A stretch of DNA of 48,370 bases, counting the filler, from Catajapyx aquilonaris (taxonomy: Eukaryota): the NCBI GenBank assembly GCA_000934665.2. It is 2 parts of 2 records of this genome, joined end to end, with 100 filler letters (N's around TTAATTAATTAA, not from the genome) between each part and the next. Parts side by side here need not be neighbours in the genome. Positions count along the whole stretch, not along the records: positions 1 to 29,316 come from JYFJ02006568.1; 1 more part is not named here. The stretch is one strand, 5' to 3'. Made by a program: the position numbers and the translations under genes. The notes beneath the pieces were generated by a model that saw only the letters and a program-made list of their open reading frames with translations, made no database searches and was not told the origin of the DNA. This document shows, piece by piece, positions 1 through 12,625 of this stretch. Within the stretch, counting starts at the first letter, position 1; every line of letters starts with the position of its first letter.

Positions 1-96
<96 letters not shown>
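1..96. repeat. (TAT)n microsatellite
   Basis: Perfect TAT trinucleotide run from the window start. Confidence 0.97.
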
Positions 97-97
<1 letters not shown>

Positions 98-583
98 GTA
101 ATGTGGGTAAGTCCCCACCAGCACTGCGAGTTATGGAGATCTTCGAGTTATAGAAATTCGAGTTAGGGAAGTTTATTTCCTGTTATTTTACATTGTGACC
201 AACCAAGCCCATAATTTTCTTCGACTTTCGAGAACTTTGACTTATAGAAGTTTTACTGTACTGCATATGCTGTTCATCGGAGATACAAGTTACCTACCAA
301 TCCAACTTACGTTTTCAGCAATGTAAGTTGCCCGTTTGTAGACCGGGGACTTCCTGTATTTGTTTCTCAACTTGTTCGTAATAATTGTGTTCACATACAA
401 TTGAACCATGGAATCGGAAAACCAGACAAGTCATATCGAAAATGAAAAGGCGTTTAGGAACTTGTTGCACTGCGCCCGTCTAAAATCCACAGGAATGGTC
501 GTAGGTGCACCAAATTTGCAAGGTGGGTGCATGCAACGAATCCAAACTCACCGGAATTGGTTGGAATAATATCTGAGCACCAG

Positions 584-1736
584 AGGCGACACTGTGGCCG
601 TTTCTTTGGACCCCCTGCCCGACTTGTCTGATTTTCCGATTCCATGGCTCGTGGAAGGCAAGAACCAGACAAGTCAGCATGGATATACATATGCAGGGCT
701 TCACACTCCCTTCGGGATGGATTCAGAAATGGAGCGGTGTCGCTGACCATGTAGGGGGTTAACCATCGCATCGGGGTGACCATGGAAATATGGGGATTCG
801 CACACCATCCAACAATGAAGGAGTGTCGTACACAGGCTTCAATAATAATATTTCATTTTTCTGTATTGTCATTGCTATGTAATAATGTTTCATTCATTGT
901 TATATCTGCATTATTTTCTGTGCGGGCGAGGGGGGAGGGAACAAACCCCAACCCTCCCCCCCAAGCCAATTTTTGATGCATCACTGCGCTAACCACAGGT
1001 TGTAATGTTTTCGCTTTTTTGGCATTTTCCCCTTCCTTTTTGCGTTTCGCTATATTTTTTGAGCAATTATGTTATTTTCATAACAACTATTTGTGACGGC
1101 TTGGGGGGGGGGGGGGGGGNCCATCCATGCGCCACTGGCGTAGGCTACATTACATGTTGTGCAGTAATATTTTTCATGTGATGCAGATATTATGTTATAA
1201 AAAAATATTATTCTGTGATGATGTTATTAACGCTCTTTACTTATCAAGGCTCAGTCATTCCCTGCTATCATTAATATTTTAGTCCTCTCCTTGCACTCGA
1301 TACCAGGGCAGTCATACGACAATGAAAATTCACCCAAATGTCACCTAGGCCTGGAGTACGAACGTCCTCGGCAAAGGTGGGCATTCCACGATGAACATTG
1401 CTACCCACGGCGGCACTGCTTGAGGAAAATGACGGCTGTCGATCGGGTTAGTACTGTGCCAACATGCGCAGCAACCCCGTAGCAAGAGTCGCAACACACA
1501 CGCGCGCACACACACACACAAAATCCCCATATTTCCATGGTCACCCCGATGTGATGGTTAACCCCCTACATGGTCAGCAACACTGCTCCATTTCTGAATC
1601 CATCCCGAAGGGAGTGTGAAGCCCTGCATATGTTTATCCATGCTGACTTGTCTGGTTCTTGCCTTCCACGATCCATGGAATCGGAAAATCAGACAAGTCC
1701 GGCAGGGGGTCCAAAGAAATGGCCACAGTGTCGCCT
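584..1736. repeat. Inverted repeat pair (~215-bp arms 584-798 and 1523-1736), probable TE remnant
   Basis: Arms are reverse complements; ORF-track peptides 454..783(-) and 1570..1815(+) are near-identical. A short third copy lies at ~406-429. Confidence 0.85.
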
Positions 1737-2078
1737 GCGGCCGATTGAACAAGTGAGTGTAACATCCAAGGATTATTTTGGTCATATGGGACAGTGTAGG
1801 TACTTTGACAAGTAGGTATTATGGCAGTGTCGGTATTATGGTGCTAGGTATTATGTCCGGGAAGGGATTTCAGGTTGTCATACTAGTGGTTGAATTTGCA
1901 TTTAAATGTAATTATTGCCATATGCCAGTTTTATTAATTTATAGTGGATGTACATTTCATTTAACTTGAACTATTCCCACTGCACATGGTATTGGAAGAG
2001 GTATAATCTGGCCAAAAATCAGGTTATTCACGATAATAAATGTTTTTAAATGTTTATTTATTTTTTATTTTTTTGCAG

Positions 2079-2248
2079 GTTCCCTTCCGGTGCGTTCGTA
2101 CAAGGCCCCTGCTGACTGGAAGCCTGTACACATGAACGACCTTCCTGTCCCTTATGGTCGATGGAAAGAGCACAATGAGAACATGCAGAAGAAGTACAAT
2201 ATGCATCTTGCTGCTGGGATCACCTTCATGATATTCACCTTTGGTGTG
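2079..2248 (+). CDS. COX7B: Internal coding exon of a CG7630/prag01 (Deltameth_res domain) cytochrome c oxidase subunit 7B-like protein
   Basis: Polypyrimidine ttttgcag acceptor and GTG/gttagt donor. Peptide SLPVRSYKAPADWKPVHMNDLPVPYGRWKEHNENMQKKYNMHLAAGITFMIFTFGV has the MNDLPVPxGxW..KYN..L..G motif I recall from Drosophila CG7630. The first exon is not in the window or not recognised. Confidence 0.8.
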
Positions 2249-2588
2249 GTTAGTATAATTTCTCTCGTTGTTATTCACAAGTATTTTGAGGGCATTTGTC
2301 TTGTCCAGCTTCATGTACTAGAGTTGGCATGTCAATTGGGTAGATTGGTGCAATATTCTAAGAACCAATGAGTATTATGCCCTTTTCATTATTAGCTGAA
2401 CCTTTGCTTTAAAAATAATATAAAATAAATAAATATGAATGAAACATATTACCCCTCATATTGCGGCATGCTAGTATACAACTAGGTCGACTCGAGAGGC
2501 CAGTTTGGCTGGCTGATATAAAATGGTTTCAATTTCTTGGTTTCCTCCTCCTGGTGGAAATTATTTTGCATTTTGATCTTAAACACTA

Positions 2589-2602
2589 ATAATAATAATA
2601 AT

Positions 2603-2634
<32 letters not shown>

Positions 2635-3503
2635 ATGCTGGGGTAATGTGCTTTCGCCCCCACCTGGGGGCATATCGCACGGACCTTTATTTGATGATGG
2701 TACATGAGCCTATTCATTTGAAACACCCGGGCCCACGGGCAGGATGACAGGAGGGGATGGGCAAGGTGCAGTGCATCTGACGCTGTGGCCATTTTTAGTG
2801 AACTCCCCCGGGTGGTTTAGTCTGTGGAAATACCACCCGAGACGAAGCCAGAGGTGACCCTGAACTCTGCACGAGATGAAGGGGGTGTCCCCGGGTTGGG
2901 ATCGAACCCGGGACCTTAAAGGGACACTCTACTCAAAATACAAGTTGGCCTTTAAAAATCTGGCAAAAAATCCTGATTCCGGGTATAAGCAGTTTTTCTG
3001 AGAGACAAACGGTAAGGCCAGGGCGAGAGGTCAGATTCGTAAAATAATAGTCTCCCGCGCAGTGAGTGGTGGGAACAAAATCCCTCCAGCGGCCTGACTG
3101 GGAACCACACGGACGGACGGGACTGTTCCGGGACCGAATATCATGGAAAAATGAGAGTGCGCGACCTGATACGGAGGCTAACGAGGCAGTCAGAAGCCCC
3201 AACGGTGCGGAGAAGGCATCACTTAGCTCGGAGGGGGGAAAGCACCTTTAATTTGGGCCGTCCCCTGGTCTAGTTCCGCCGGGTTTCGCTCTGGTGGTGT
3301 CCCCACCTGCCCCGTGTGCGGTTTTCGAACGACACACTTCCAGCTTTCACCCTGGCCTTACCGTTCGTCTCTCATAAAAACTGCTTATACCCTCGGAATC
3401 AGGATTTTTTGCCTGATTTTTAAAGCCTAACTTGTATTTTGAGTGGAGTGTCCCTTTAACATCAGTGGGCGCATACGTTACCGCAGCACCACTCTGCCTC
3501 CCT
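2589..3503 (-). mobile_element. tRNA-derived SINE, copy 1 (interrupted by a TTAA MITE)
   Basis: Minus-strand head with A box and B box GGTTCGATCCC, shared core, (TTA)n tail; 12-bp TSD TCTTAAACACTA at 2577-2588 and 3504-3515. Confidence 0.9.
2920..3455. mobile_element. Kolobok/T2-like MITE
   Basis: TTAA TSD, termini AGGGACACTC...GAGTGTCCCT, ~105-bp TIRs. The empty site GGACCTTAACAT is visible in the SINE copy at 14612-14949. Confidence 0.88.
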
Positions 3504-3597
3504 TCTTAAACACTATGATGTGGTGTAGATGGCCAAAATGTCTAGCAGGTTAGAAGTAAAGCATAAAATAATGCGAGTTCATGTTTATTAACTTAAT

Positions 3598-4895
3598 AAT
3601 CAATCAATCAATCAATGTTTATTTCTCCCCAAAGAGAACTTTCGTTCTGTGGCTTGGGGAGGGACTGCATCTTACAATAAGTTCAGTAGCATTTGAAATG
3701 ACCCTTACGAAATAATATCGCAATGGTTTAACAATGTACATGCATCCTTGAAAAAATTATACAAACTGAATACAGGGTGGGGCAAAAGTCATGGGCTGGT
3801 TTAAATGACGCAGCGTGGCGTAAGTAACGAACGATTATATATTTTTTAAATTCCACTACACAGAGAAAGATATGCCATTTATGGATCAAGGTCCAAAAAA
3901 GTCACTTCTTGAAAACAACACCGGATAGATGTCCACCTTTGCGGGCAACACATATTCCTCCAAACACCGGACGAAACCCTTCATTACACACTTCCCCCAC
4001 AAACCCGCACTCCAGCATGTCCAGGGAAATGTTTCTCACGGCGTGTCTTATCTGATCCTTAAGATCAGCCAATGACTGAGGACGTGTGGCGAACACCAAA
4101 CTCTTCAGGTACCCCCACAAGAAGAAGTTGGGGGTGGTCAAATCAGGCGACCGCGATGGCCAAGGAATGTCGCCAAATCTCGAAACGACCCTCCCAGGAA
4201 ACACTTGACTTTTAATTTGTTTGGTGTTCGCCACAGGTCCTCAGTCATTGGCTGATCTTAAGGATCAGATTTCAGATAAGACACGCCGTGAGAAACATTC
4301 CCCTGGACATGCTGGAGTGCATTATGAAGGGTTTCGTCCGGCACATGGAGGAATAATGTGTTGCCCGCAAAGGTGGACATCTATCCGGTGTTGTTTTCAA
4401 GAAGTGACTATTTTGGACCTCGATCCATAAATGGAATATCTTTCTCTGTGTAGTGGAATTTTTTAAAAATATAATTGTCCATTACTTACGCCATGCTGAT
4501 CGTTTAAACCAGCCCATGACTTTTGCACCACCCTGTATATTATTTCTAGAAACCAGACAAAAAATTTGGTGAAATTGATTTGGTGGGGCATGTAGCAAAT
4601 CAGACAGATGTCACCGTCTGCAGGTATTAAAGAATGTGCAAGAAAATAGGAAATGGTGTAGGGTAAATGGTGTAAATTCATTGCAAAGAGAACAAATTTC
4701 GTCATCCTTCAGTCGAATTGTGTAACCATTCATCCAGTATTCGTCGGAGTTATTACGTAAATTACATACTAAACGCAATGCAGGAAGAGGCAAACTTAAT
4801 TGAAAATACTGTTCCATTAAAAAATTGTTCTTAATAATCTTATAATGTATATAGCGTGTCCTTGAATTCTCCAAACGTTCAAGGCCAGTTCTCAC
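3598..4895 (-). mobile_element. 3' fragment of a non-LTR retrotransposon (interrupted by a Tc1/mariner derivative)
   Basis: Minus-strand peptide with the C-terminal CCHC knuckle CSLCNEFTPFTLHHFLFSC (4611-4895); minus-strand AATAAA followed by a (TTGA)n tail at ~3598-3623. Confidence 0.65.
3773..4535. mobile_element. Palindromic non-autonomous Tc1/mariner (DD37D/maT-like) element made of two inverted 3' ends
   Basis: TA TSD and CAGGGTG termini. Transposase C-terminus WPSRSPDLTTPNFFLWGYLK on the minus strand, with an inverted partial copy (VFATGPQSLADLKDQI) on plus. Confidence 0.9.
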
Positions 4896-6161
4896 TGTAT
4901 TATTTATTAATAATAAATAATTGAAACCTCGCTCAGAGGGGGAGGAAGGTCACACTTTTTCAAAGTTGTGAAGTGACAGCATCAAATCCTCATGAATGGC
5001 TGCTAACTCATGAGGGAGAGTTGACAGGGTACTATACTCCCTCTTCTTACCCTTCGCATAGAAATTATAGTGTGTATTTGACTTATTCTGCGCAGGTGAA
5101 ATGTAGATAAAACCCCTCTCTCAATACTGGCGTACCTTGCCTTCAACTGACATGCGAATATATCCACCAGAGGCTCATCTTCTAAAATATGGTCACCTCC
5201 TTTGTTGCTGGAATGTGGGGTAATGTGGGCAATAGGTGGGGTAATTGCATTATGTGAAAACTCAAGTAATTATTAACACTATGGTATGCTTTGCATCAAC
5301 TTTTATCTGATAGCCCCAGTATGCTTCAGGTTTGGATCCAAGGGTGACAAGATTAGTGTTTAAATACATGCAATTATGAATAGGAAATTTGAAAGGATAT
5401 TACCAAAGAAGTGGAATTTGTAGATTGCCTATTTTAATTGCATAAGAAGGATTTTTGGTGTAAAAAGTTCAGCAGTAGATGATGTCAAATAAAAAAGCGA
5501 AATCTGTGATTGGAAAATGTTCTTGCCCACACAATGAGATACAGTGGTTATTGAGAATTTGTAATTTTAAGAAAATGTAACTCCTTTAGAATGGGCTCCT
5601 TTCGCTTCCGTTACTGCCATAAGGAATTGTTCGCAGGTGGGGTTTAATTATATTTACAATCCTGAGCCAACCTTTGACCCAGTGCTACCTGTTGAAAAGT
5701 GGCCATAGGGCGACATCTATTGCATTTTTTCCTGACTTTCTCTTATAAGTCATCTGTAACGCGCCAAAGTCAAAGTCCAGAATTGTTACATCTGTGTTTC
5801 ATAGTCATTCACTAGTCGCCCAATGAGTGTCAAGAAATTCCTGACCATTCATTACCATTTAGGATGTAAATTTAGCGAAACTTAGAAATTACCCCATTAA
5901 GTTAATTACTGTTATCTATATCAAAGATGGTTGCCATGTCATTGGGCTTTTGCTAATTACGTACTTGGTTATGCCTAGTTTTTCACCATAGTGCAGCTAA
6001 ATGATGCCAATAAATATTAGCTTCAACTCCAAAACATTTTCCTGGGTAATTTTAGCGTAGTGGAAGGAAAAATAAGGCAACGCTGAATGGAATTGGACAC
6101 TATTGCAGGCAAGTGTAATCCGACCCACAGCCTTTCTTTATTACCGTCGCTGGACATTTAA

Positions 6162-7188
6162 GGTGGAAATGAAGCGACTTGCTAATCAAATGAGAGTCTA
6201 GAATTGGAATGTTAATAAGAAGGGCTAAAATCAGGGAAACATGCGCAACCGATGCAGCAGTAAATGCTGTTCAATCCTATGCATTCCATTCGAATCTGCG
6301 TTTTAAACTCGATTTAATATGGGCCTATTACCGGCTGGATGTTTTTGTGCGCAGGCACAATTTTCACGACTGCCAACTTAAACATGGTATTTGGAGGTGT
6401 GCTTAATATTTTGTTATTTTTTATGGAAATAGATTTTATTCAGTCGTAATTAGGATTTCCCAATTTGTCATGGCATTTTTAAAAGTTTAGTTCCGAAAGG
6501 GGAGCCTGTAGCTCTTCATTTGTGTCGGATTTGGAACACGTTCAGTTGGTACGTGTGTGACAGATAGAAGCGGCAACGCAGCAAAGGTCCGGGCCAATTA
6601 TCGCGTAGCAGTATGTGACGTCATTGCCGGGTGGATTCGAATCATTCGATTATTATGTTATAATTATAACTATATAAACTAATACAACGGTTCTGATGTC
6701 TGACAAACACCCCCGCCAAACGAAAATCCTGTGTGAGCCATTGTAAAAACCATCATACTAACTTGTACACATATTTCGTGGTCGTATGCAACCGTATCTC
6801 GCTACCGTAAACAACACTGTGTTGCCACTGCCTCACTCGAGTGGAGCAATGTGACGTCACTGGATCATTTTCGGATCGTTTTTCAGCAATACAAATTGAA
6901 AGAGCATGGTGAGGTAGGTTTTTCTTTTTGCGGTTGCGATCAGTATATAATTCCCGACATATTCCACATTAAATTTTAAAATTCTCATTTACTTATGTTT
7001 TTTTTTGTGGACTATTGAAAATTCTGCCATAAGGGCCCATGTTAAATCGCGAACTTCTGAGCCCTCTAGTTCACTAATTTGCACGGTGACGTATATTTTT
7101 TTTTGCACCATTGATAAGAGGACATAAAACTGCGTAACATGTTTTTTTCATAAAATTCTCATTAAGTGACTCTAGCTTCATTTCCACC
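6162..7188. mobile_element. TTAA-flanked non-autonomous DNA transposon (Kolobok-like)
   Basis: TTAA-GGTGGAAATGAAGC ... GCTTCATTTCCACC-TTAA (14-bp perfect TIR); no coding capacity. Confidence 0.75.
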
Positions 7189-7729
7189 TTAAAAATGTCA
7201 AACTTGTGCAACCTATGGAAGAGGACCTGAGCCATGCACACAAATAGTTTTTCACTTCATGTGTAAGCATTATTGCACTAGGAGACCTAGATAATGGCAT
7301 GAAATTCAAATTATTTTTTCACTTTTTTGCATCATAATTTTATAACTGAAGAATTGACTTAAAACATCAAATATTTGTCAGATTAATCTCATATTATACC
7401 AATTCCGACGATATCTCTCTCATTAATATTGTGACCTTGACACTCTAGATACAGCAATTTTTTTCCGATGTCCCGATTTTCAGGTTAGCAGTTAAAGGGG
7501 AGATGTCTTTTTGATAAACCTACTGGTAAATTATTATGAAGTGTAGGAGATGCAAGTTCATGGAAAATCTGCATTTTGGGTTGATCTGGGAGGCTGTGCC
7601 AGTTTCGGTTACAGTGAAGAAATTCCTCCCTCTAGACAAGATTGAGAGTCAAGGAGCTCCACTAGGATAATCATCATCCTGGGAATTCTTCCTAATTTTA
7701 CCCTCATATAAAGGCTGGAAAGTGAGCAA

Positions 7730-7955
7730 CAACTCTGAACATTTTGGACGGTTTTTGAGTCATTGACAGGGATCTGACAGGGACCTTCTTCATGATGTCC
7801 TCCTTAATCCTCCGCACATGGCCAAACCACCTTGGAGTAGACCCGCACACCTTATCCTTAAGACCATCCTTTACATTATACTGTATCTCCACAAAATCTC
7901 CAGTAGACAACTCCTTATTCATAGAAAACTTATTCATAGCACCAAGTACCTTCAA
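7730..7955 (-). mobile_element. RTE-like LINE fragment
   Basis: Peptide contains RWFGHVRR, typical of the RTE ORF C-terminal region; degenerate. Confidence 0.6.
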
Positions 7956-8424
7956 ACCTGAACTAACCTATCTCTTTCCCCACCAGTGGTGGCTAATATA
8001 CCAGAAACTGGTCTGTTGTGGAAAGTTTTGTAGAACCGATATCTGTTATATGCAGATTCACTGTAACTAAAAATCTAGACAAATCTCAGTTACTGTTTGA
8101 CCATATGGTTGAAAACCAAGTAACAGAAGAGGTGCAAAATACAATGTTCTAAGTATTGGATTCCTTTTTGTTTATGCAAATTTTGTCCAAAGTTGTTATT
8201 TTTGTGTAGCTTTTAGTGCCCTTATTGAGGCACGCAATTATATAGTAGCTGCTAAATTCAACAATATCCGGGAATATTGGGAACCTCGATAGGGGTGCAT
8301 AAAAGCTTCATAAAAATAACAACTTGAAACCAAATTTGTGATAACTAAAGGGATCCAAATATGTGGAACACACTGTATTTTGAAAGGGAACCCCACCCAG
8401 ACATTCTTGGTTGTAACCAATATA

Positions 8425-10815
8425 GTGGGGGCTCTTAGGGTCCAAATTCAACCAGATGGGGACAGGTTGGACAAAAGCACCATATTTTTTCCATGGAATC
8501 TGTATTGCTTACTCTTTAGATTTTTGGTAGGATCCACGTGATCAAGACAATGGATCATGAGTTAAGAGTCATAATCCATGTGACCGTGTCAGCCGGTGGA
8601 TACTTCTTCAATTGTTGATACTACTGCATTACAAATAACAATAAATAGTTCCCCGCAGACTACTCATGTTATTTGTTATTTAAGTGTTACTTAAATAAGC
8701 TGCACAATAGGGGGTCGATCAGGTGTATGATCAGTGTGCATGAATGTAATGGTAATTCGTAATTGTATGGGGCATTCTGCGTCAATGGGGCTACCCGTTA
8801 TTGCCATGACCTTCTCAGGTTTTGGTCATATTGAAGTATATTGTAGTACCAACAGACAGGTTTGTGTAACCGAGTTTGTTTCTCGGTACGACGAGTGGTT
8901 ATGAAACTACAGGGTGCCCATCAATGTGCCAATTTTGCTCCGTAAGCATCCGTAAGCTGTTACTTGGAGGGCAACTCCCAGAGGAACAGTTAATTCCTAA
9001 ACTTTGTGTGCATTTGAAAGGTAATTTCACTCCTTATGAGATGGTCATACTCGTAATTAAGAAGACAAAAAAAAATCTAAATAAAAATGATGGTCAAAAA
9101 ATTTGTTATTTTGATGTTGATCATTAATGGACCTCTGCGATTTATTTTGAACGGCACTTAAAATGATAAGTGAAATGTTTACTTGGGATTCCGCAAAATC
9201 TGGAGAACCCCTGTTCCCTGATTCAAGAACTCTACCGAGGTAACAGTAAATACCGATGTCAATGGCCGAGTAAAATGATAAATTGCATGAAATTAAAAGA
9301 GATTCCCATTTTAATGGGCTTCTCAGTGAGGAAGGTGCAAGTTTTAGAATCTTTCTTGTCGTGTATGGATGGCCAAAAAAATTATCCCGTGGCTGAATGA
9401 TTGATTGGATATTTGTCGATCCAGAAATAATAGTACAGCTGCCACTTCAGCATTTACGTAACTGTTATTAAGCAACAATATGATAAAATGTTCCCTTTAA
9501 AACTGCTGACCATACGAACTTGACGTGTGGACAGTTCCCAATCCAGGGACGCATGCGACAATGGTATTTTAAAATGATGTTGTATAATTATGTCGTATTT
9601 CGTGTTGGGCAGTTTATCAGGGTTCATTGTTGAACACAAGAATGGACTAACCGTGTACATAGGTGGATGGAGCAACGATGAAGATTCTTCCATAGGTCTC
9701 CAGCTATGAGCATGCCTTTCTCAACAGTTGTGTAGGCTACATGTATACACTCAGGTCTGTTCTTGTGTCCAACAATGAACCCCGATAAACCGTCCTACGC
9801 GAAATGCATCATTCCAAAACACCTTCGTTATATATCCTCCTGATGAGACCTGATGTCCAATATATTGGACATCAGGTCTCAGGAGGATATATGTCCCTGG
9901 AGCAGTAACAACCAAAGCACGTGTTACGATGCTCAGAGATTTTGAAGAGAGCATCTCTCATATTGTTGCTTAATAACAATTAAGTAAGTGCTGAAATCAT
10001 TTAATGTGATTTATCTTATTACTCAATGACATCGGTATTTATTGTTAACTCGGTCGAGTTCTTGAATCAGGCTTTCTCGCAATACCATATGTACGTGGTA
10101 CGCCTTTATTTATTTTTAGAGCAACAATATTATTTTGTGAAATTTTGTTGCCAATTTACGGGATTTCTAGGTTTGGCGCACAAAATGCTTTTGATATTTG
10201 GCACATATCGAATTTCTGATCTCCAGATTTGGCAGCAATCTCAAGCAAACATTTCCCGTATTATTTGAAGCGCCATTCAAAATCAGTAGTAGGGGGTCGA
10301 TTAATGAGTAATATCAAAATATAAAAATTTTGGGAACCATTTTGAATTTAAATTTTAGATTTTCTTGTGCATATGTATGACCATCTCATAGAAAGTGACA
10401 ATACCTTTCAAATGCACACATTAAATTTACGATTAAACCTGATCTTGTGGTCCTCCGAAGTAACAGCATATATAGGTACAAAATGCTAGAAAATGGGCAC
10501 ATGTGACACCCTGTAGCTTCGAAACCACGCATCGTACACATAAACAAACTCGGTTGCATAAACCCATATATGGGCTCTACAACATACCCGAATATGGTCA
10601 AAATCGGAGAAGGTTGTATGGCCAAGGGCGGCCCCTTTGACGCGGAATCCCCCTTTGCGCAGGGCGATTTCTGAAAAAATGTCACGTGACATGACCCATG
10701 TGCACTGATCGCGTGGATCCTACCAAAAATTATTAGCATAGGACCAAACAAAACTCCATGCAAAGTTTGGTGCTTTTGTCCAACTTGTCCCCTTCATCTC
10801 GCTAAGAGCCCCCAC
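8425..10815. mobile_element. ~2.4-kb foldback DNA element with long diverged inverted arms
   Basis: TA-GTGGGGGCTCTTAG ... CTAAGAGCCCCCAC-TA. Reverse-complement matches run throughout (e.g. 9005-9050 vs 10375-10420; 9446-9483 vs 9958-9996; 9610-9642 vs 9760-9790); centre ~9700. Confidence 0.85.
9836..9886. mobile_element. 51-bp hairpin MITE, CCTCCTGAGACC family
   Basis: Near-perfect palindrome ending GGTCTCAGGAGG, flanked by ATAT/ATAT. Confidence 0.75.
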
Positions 10816-11231
10816 TAATATGAAGGCGAGTAACGCACACAGATTTAGGATAGAGGGGGTATAAGATATGCAATAATGCCATTGAGTGCTTGGTTTACTT
10901 GAATGGTAACTCTCTAGAAGTTGACTACTTGATTGATTGAATGGGAAGGAGCCAAAGCCCTTCCCTACCAGCTATACCAAAATAGCCTAGATTTTCGCTG
11001 ACACATACTTTGAAGATAAGGACAAGAAAATTTGCGAATAATAACAGCTATACTTACGTGATCATGCTCTACACTGTGAATGTGTTGGAAACCATTTTAT
11101 ACTCTTCTAGAAGTCTAAATTTATTTTCAAGTAACTCGCCATAAAAACTCGTAATTCAAGTACTACCAGCCAACTGTTAGGCTGATTTAATCATGAAATA
11201 TGTTAACCCTTATAGGACGGGCGTACCATAT

Positions 11232-12127
11232 CCTCCTGAGACCTGAGAAGAATTTTTTAACGCAATGTCAGTTCCTATTGCATTTCTGAACATGTTCCCA
11301 ATAAGAAACGATAAAAAAAAAATTAGTTTTAAAATATCGACAAAAATGGCGACAAACAACCAATGAGAACATTAGGACCCAATTGCTGCTACAAAAGCAG
11401 AACGGATGGAAGCTGAAAATTTAAATACCACTTAATGGATCACTAACATAGTGCTCTCTCCTCCAAACAATGTTTTTAAAATTTATTTGTGGAATTCGTG
11501 GTAGCAATTCCTCTTAGAAGACAATTAAAGATAAATGAAATTATTTTTGAACGCCACCACTCCAGGGATGGGGCTTGCTCCTTCCCTTCTTACCCGCTAG
11601 AGTGGTACCTTGCTATTCTAGATTTTAAAACTGAACTGCACAGTGAAAAGCCCACTTCCTTAAGGGTGTATAGGTACAGGCACGTAAAGAAAAGTCACAC
11701 CCATTCAGCTAAAAATGCCATTTTTCGGATGCCCATTTAAATGGGCATTTGGTCTCAGGAAGAAAAGAAAATGACCAGTTCTCTACAGCAACAAAGATTG
11801 TCGCAGACACATCTTTTCGCAGTTCCTAAGACACATTCCTTGCGAATCCCAGGACATTCACTGCATTGCGAAAATCGCATTCTAAATATGAGTAAAAAAA
11901 AACAACTGATCAGATGAGCGCCTAGCTTCAGCAGCGGAATCCGCCATTTTGTCCGCGATTTAATTTTCGCGGCCCAAGCCAGATATTCGACGTAGGTGGC
12001 TACAGCTATTGAGGCCAGATTGTAACCATGGGATACCAGCCTATTACAGTTCTGTTGGCATCACTGGTTGGCGCCAAAAAAATCTTTTGCTGATGGTCGA
12101 CACATGTCAACACCAGGTCTCAGGAGG
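11232..12127. mobile_element. 896-bp MITE, CCTCCTGAGACC family
   Basis: TIR CCTCCTGAGACCTG/CAGGTCTCAGGAGG with ATAT TSD; the empty site is the palindrome CGTACCATATATGGTACG. Confidence 0.85.
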
Positions 12128-12625
12128 ATATATGGTACGGCAACTTTAAAAAATTCTGCTGGCGAAAATATATAGCTTTTTCCCACTGTGTAACATGGTT
12201 TCTGTGTGGCTTTTTATTTTCTCTCGCGTAAAAAATCGCTAATTTTAGACTACAAAATCTTGCATAAATAAACCAGATTAACTTGAATGACATCTTTTTG
12301 CAACCGATGAACCCCCCCCCCCCCNCCCAAAAAAAAACGACCTTGGCCGGCAAAATTTGGCCTGCAGAGTTGCCCCCAAACCTCCTTAAGAGATTCCACC
12401 CTAAAATTAGTGCAAAAGATAATGCAATAGTTTTAAAATAAATCAATAATGTTCGTAAATGCCAATTAGCGGCTGGCGGGCCACTGCGCAACTCCTGGCC
12501 TCCGCCAGGGTGGAGGGGCGCATGCCCAGCGCGACTTTTGAACAGCTGTGGAGAGAGGCAGGTTTTCACTCGGGTGGTGGGGCGTATGTTTGTCTCGGTA
12601 ACTGGGATGCCTGTCCTGTGACATA

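Noticed and set aside
5637..5708. Alternative last exon for the COX7B-like gene (VGFNYIYNPEPTFDPVLPVEKWP*)
   Set aside because: In phase, but the acceptor is weak and the KxSGxI motif is missing; 15202-15264 fits the family better.
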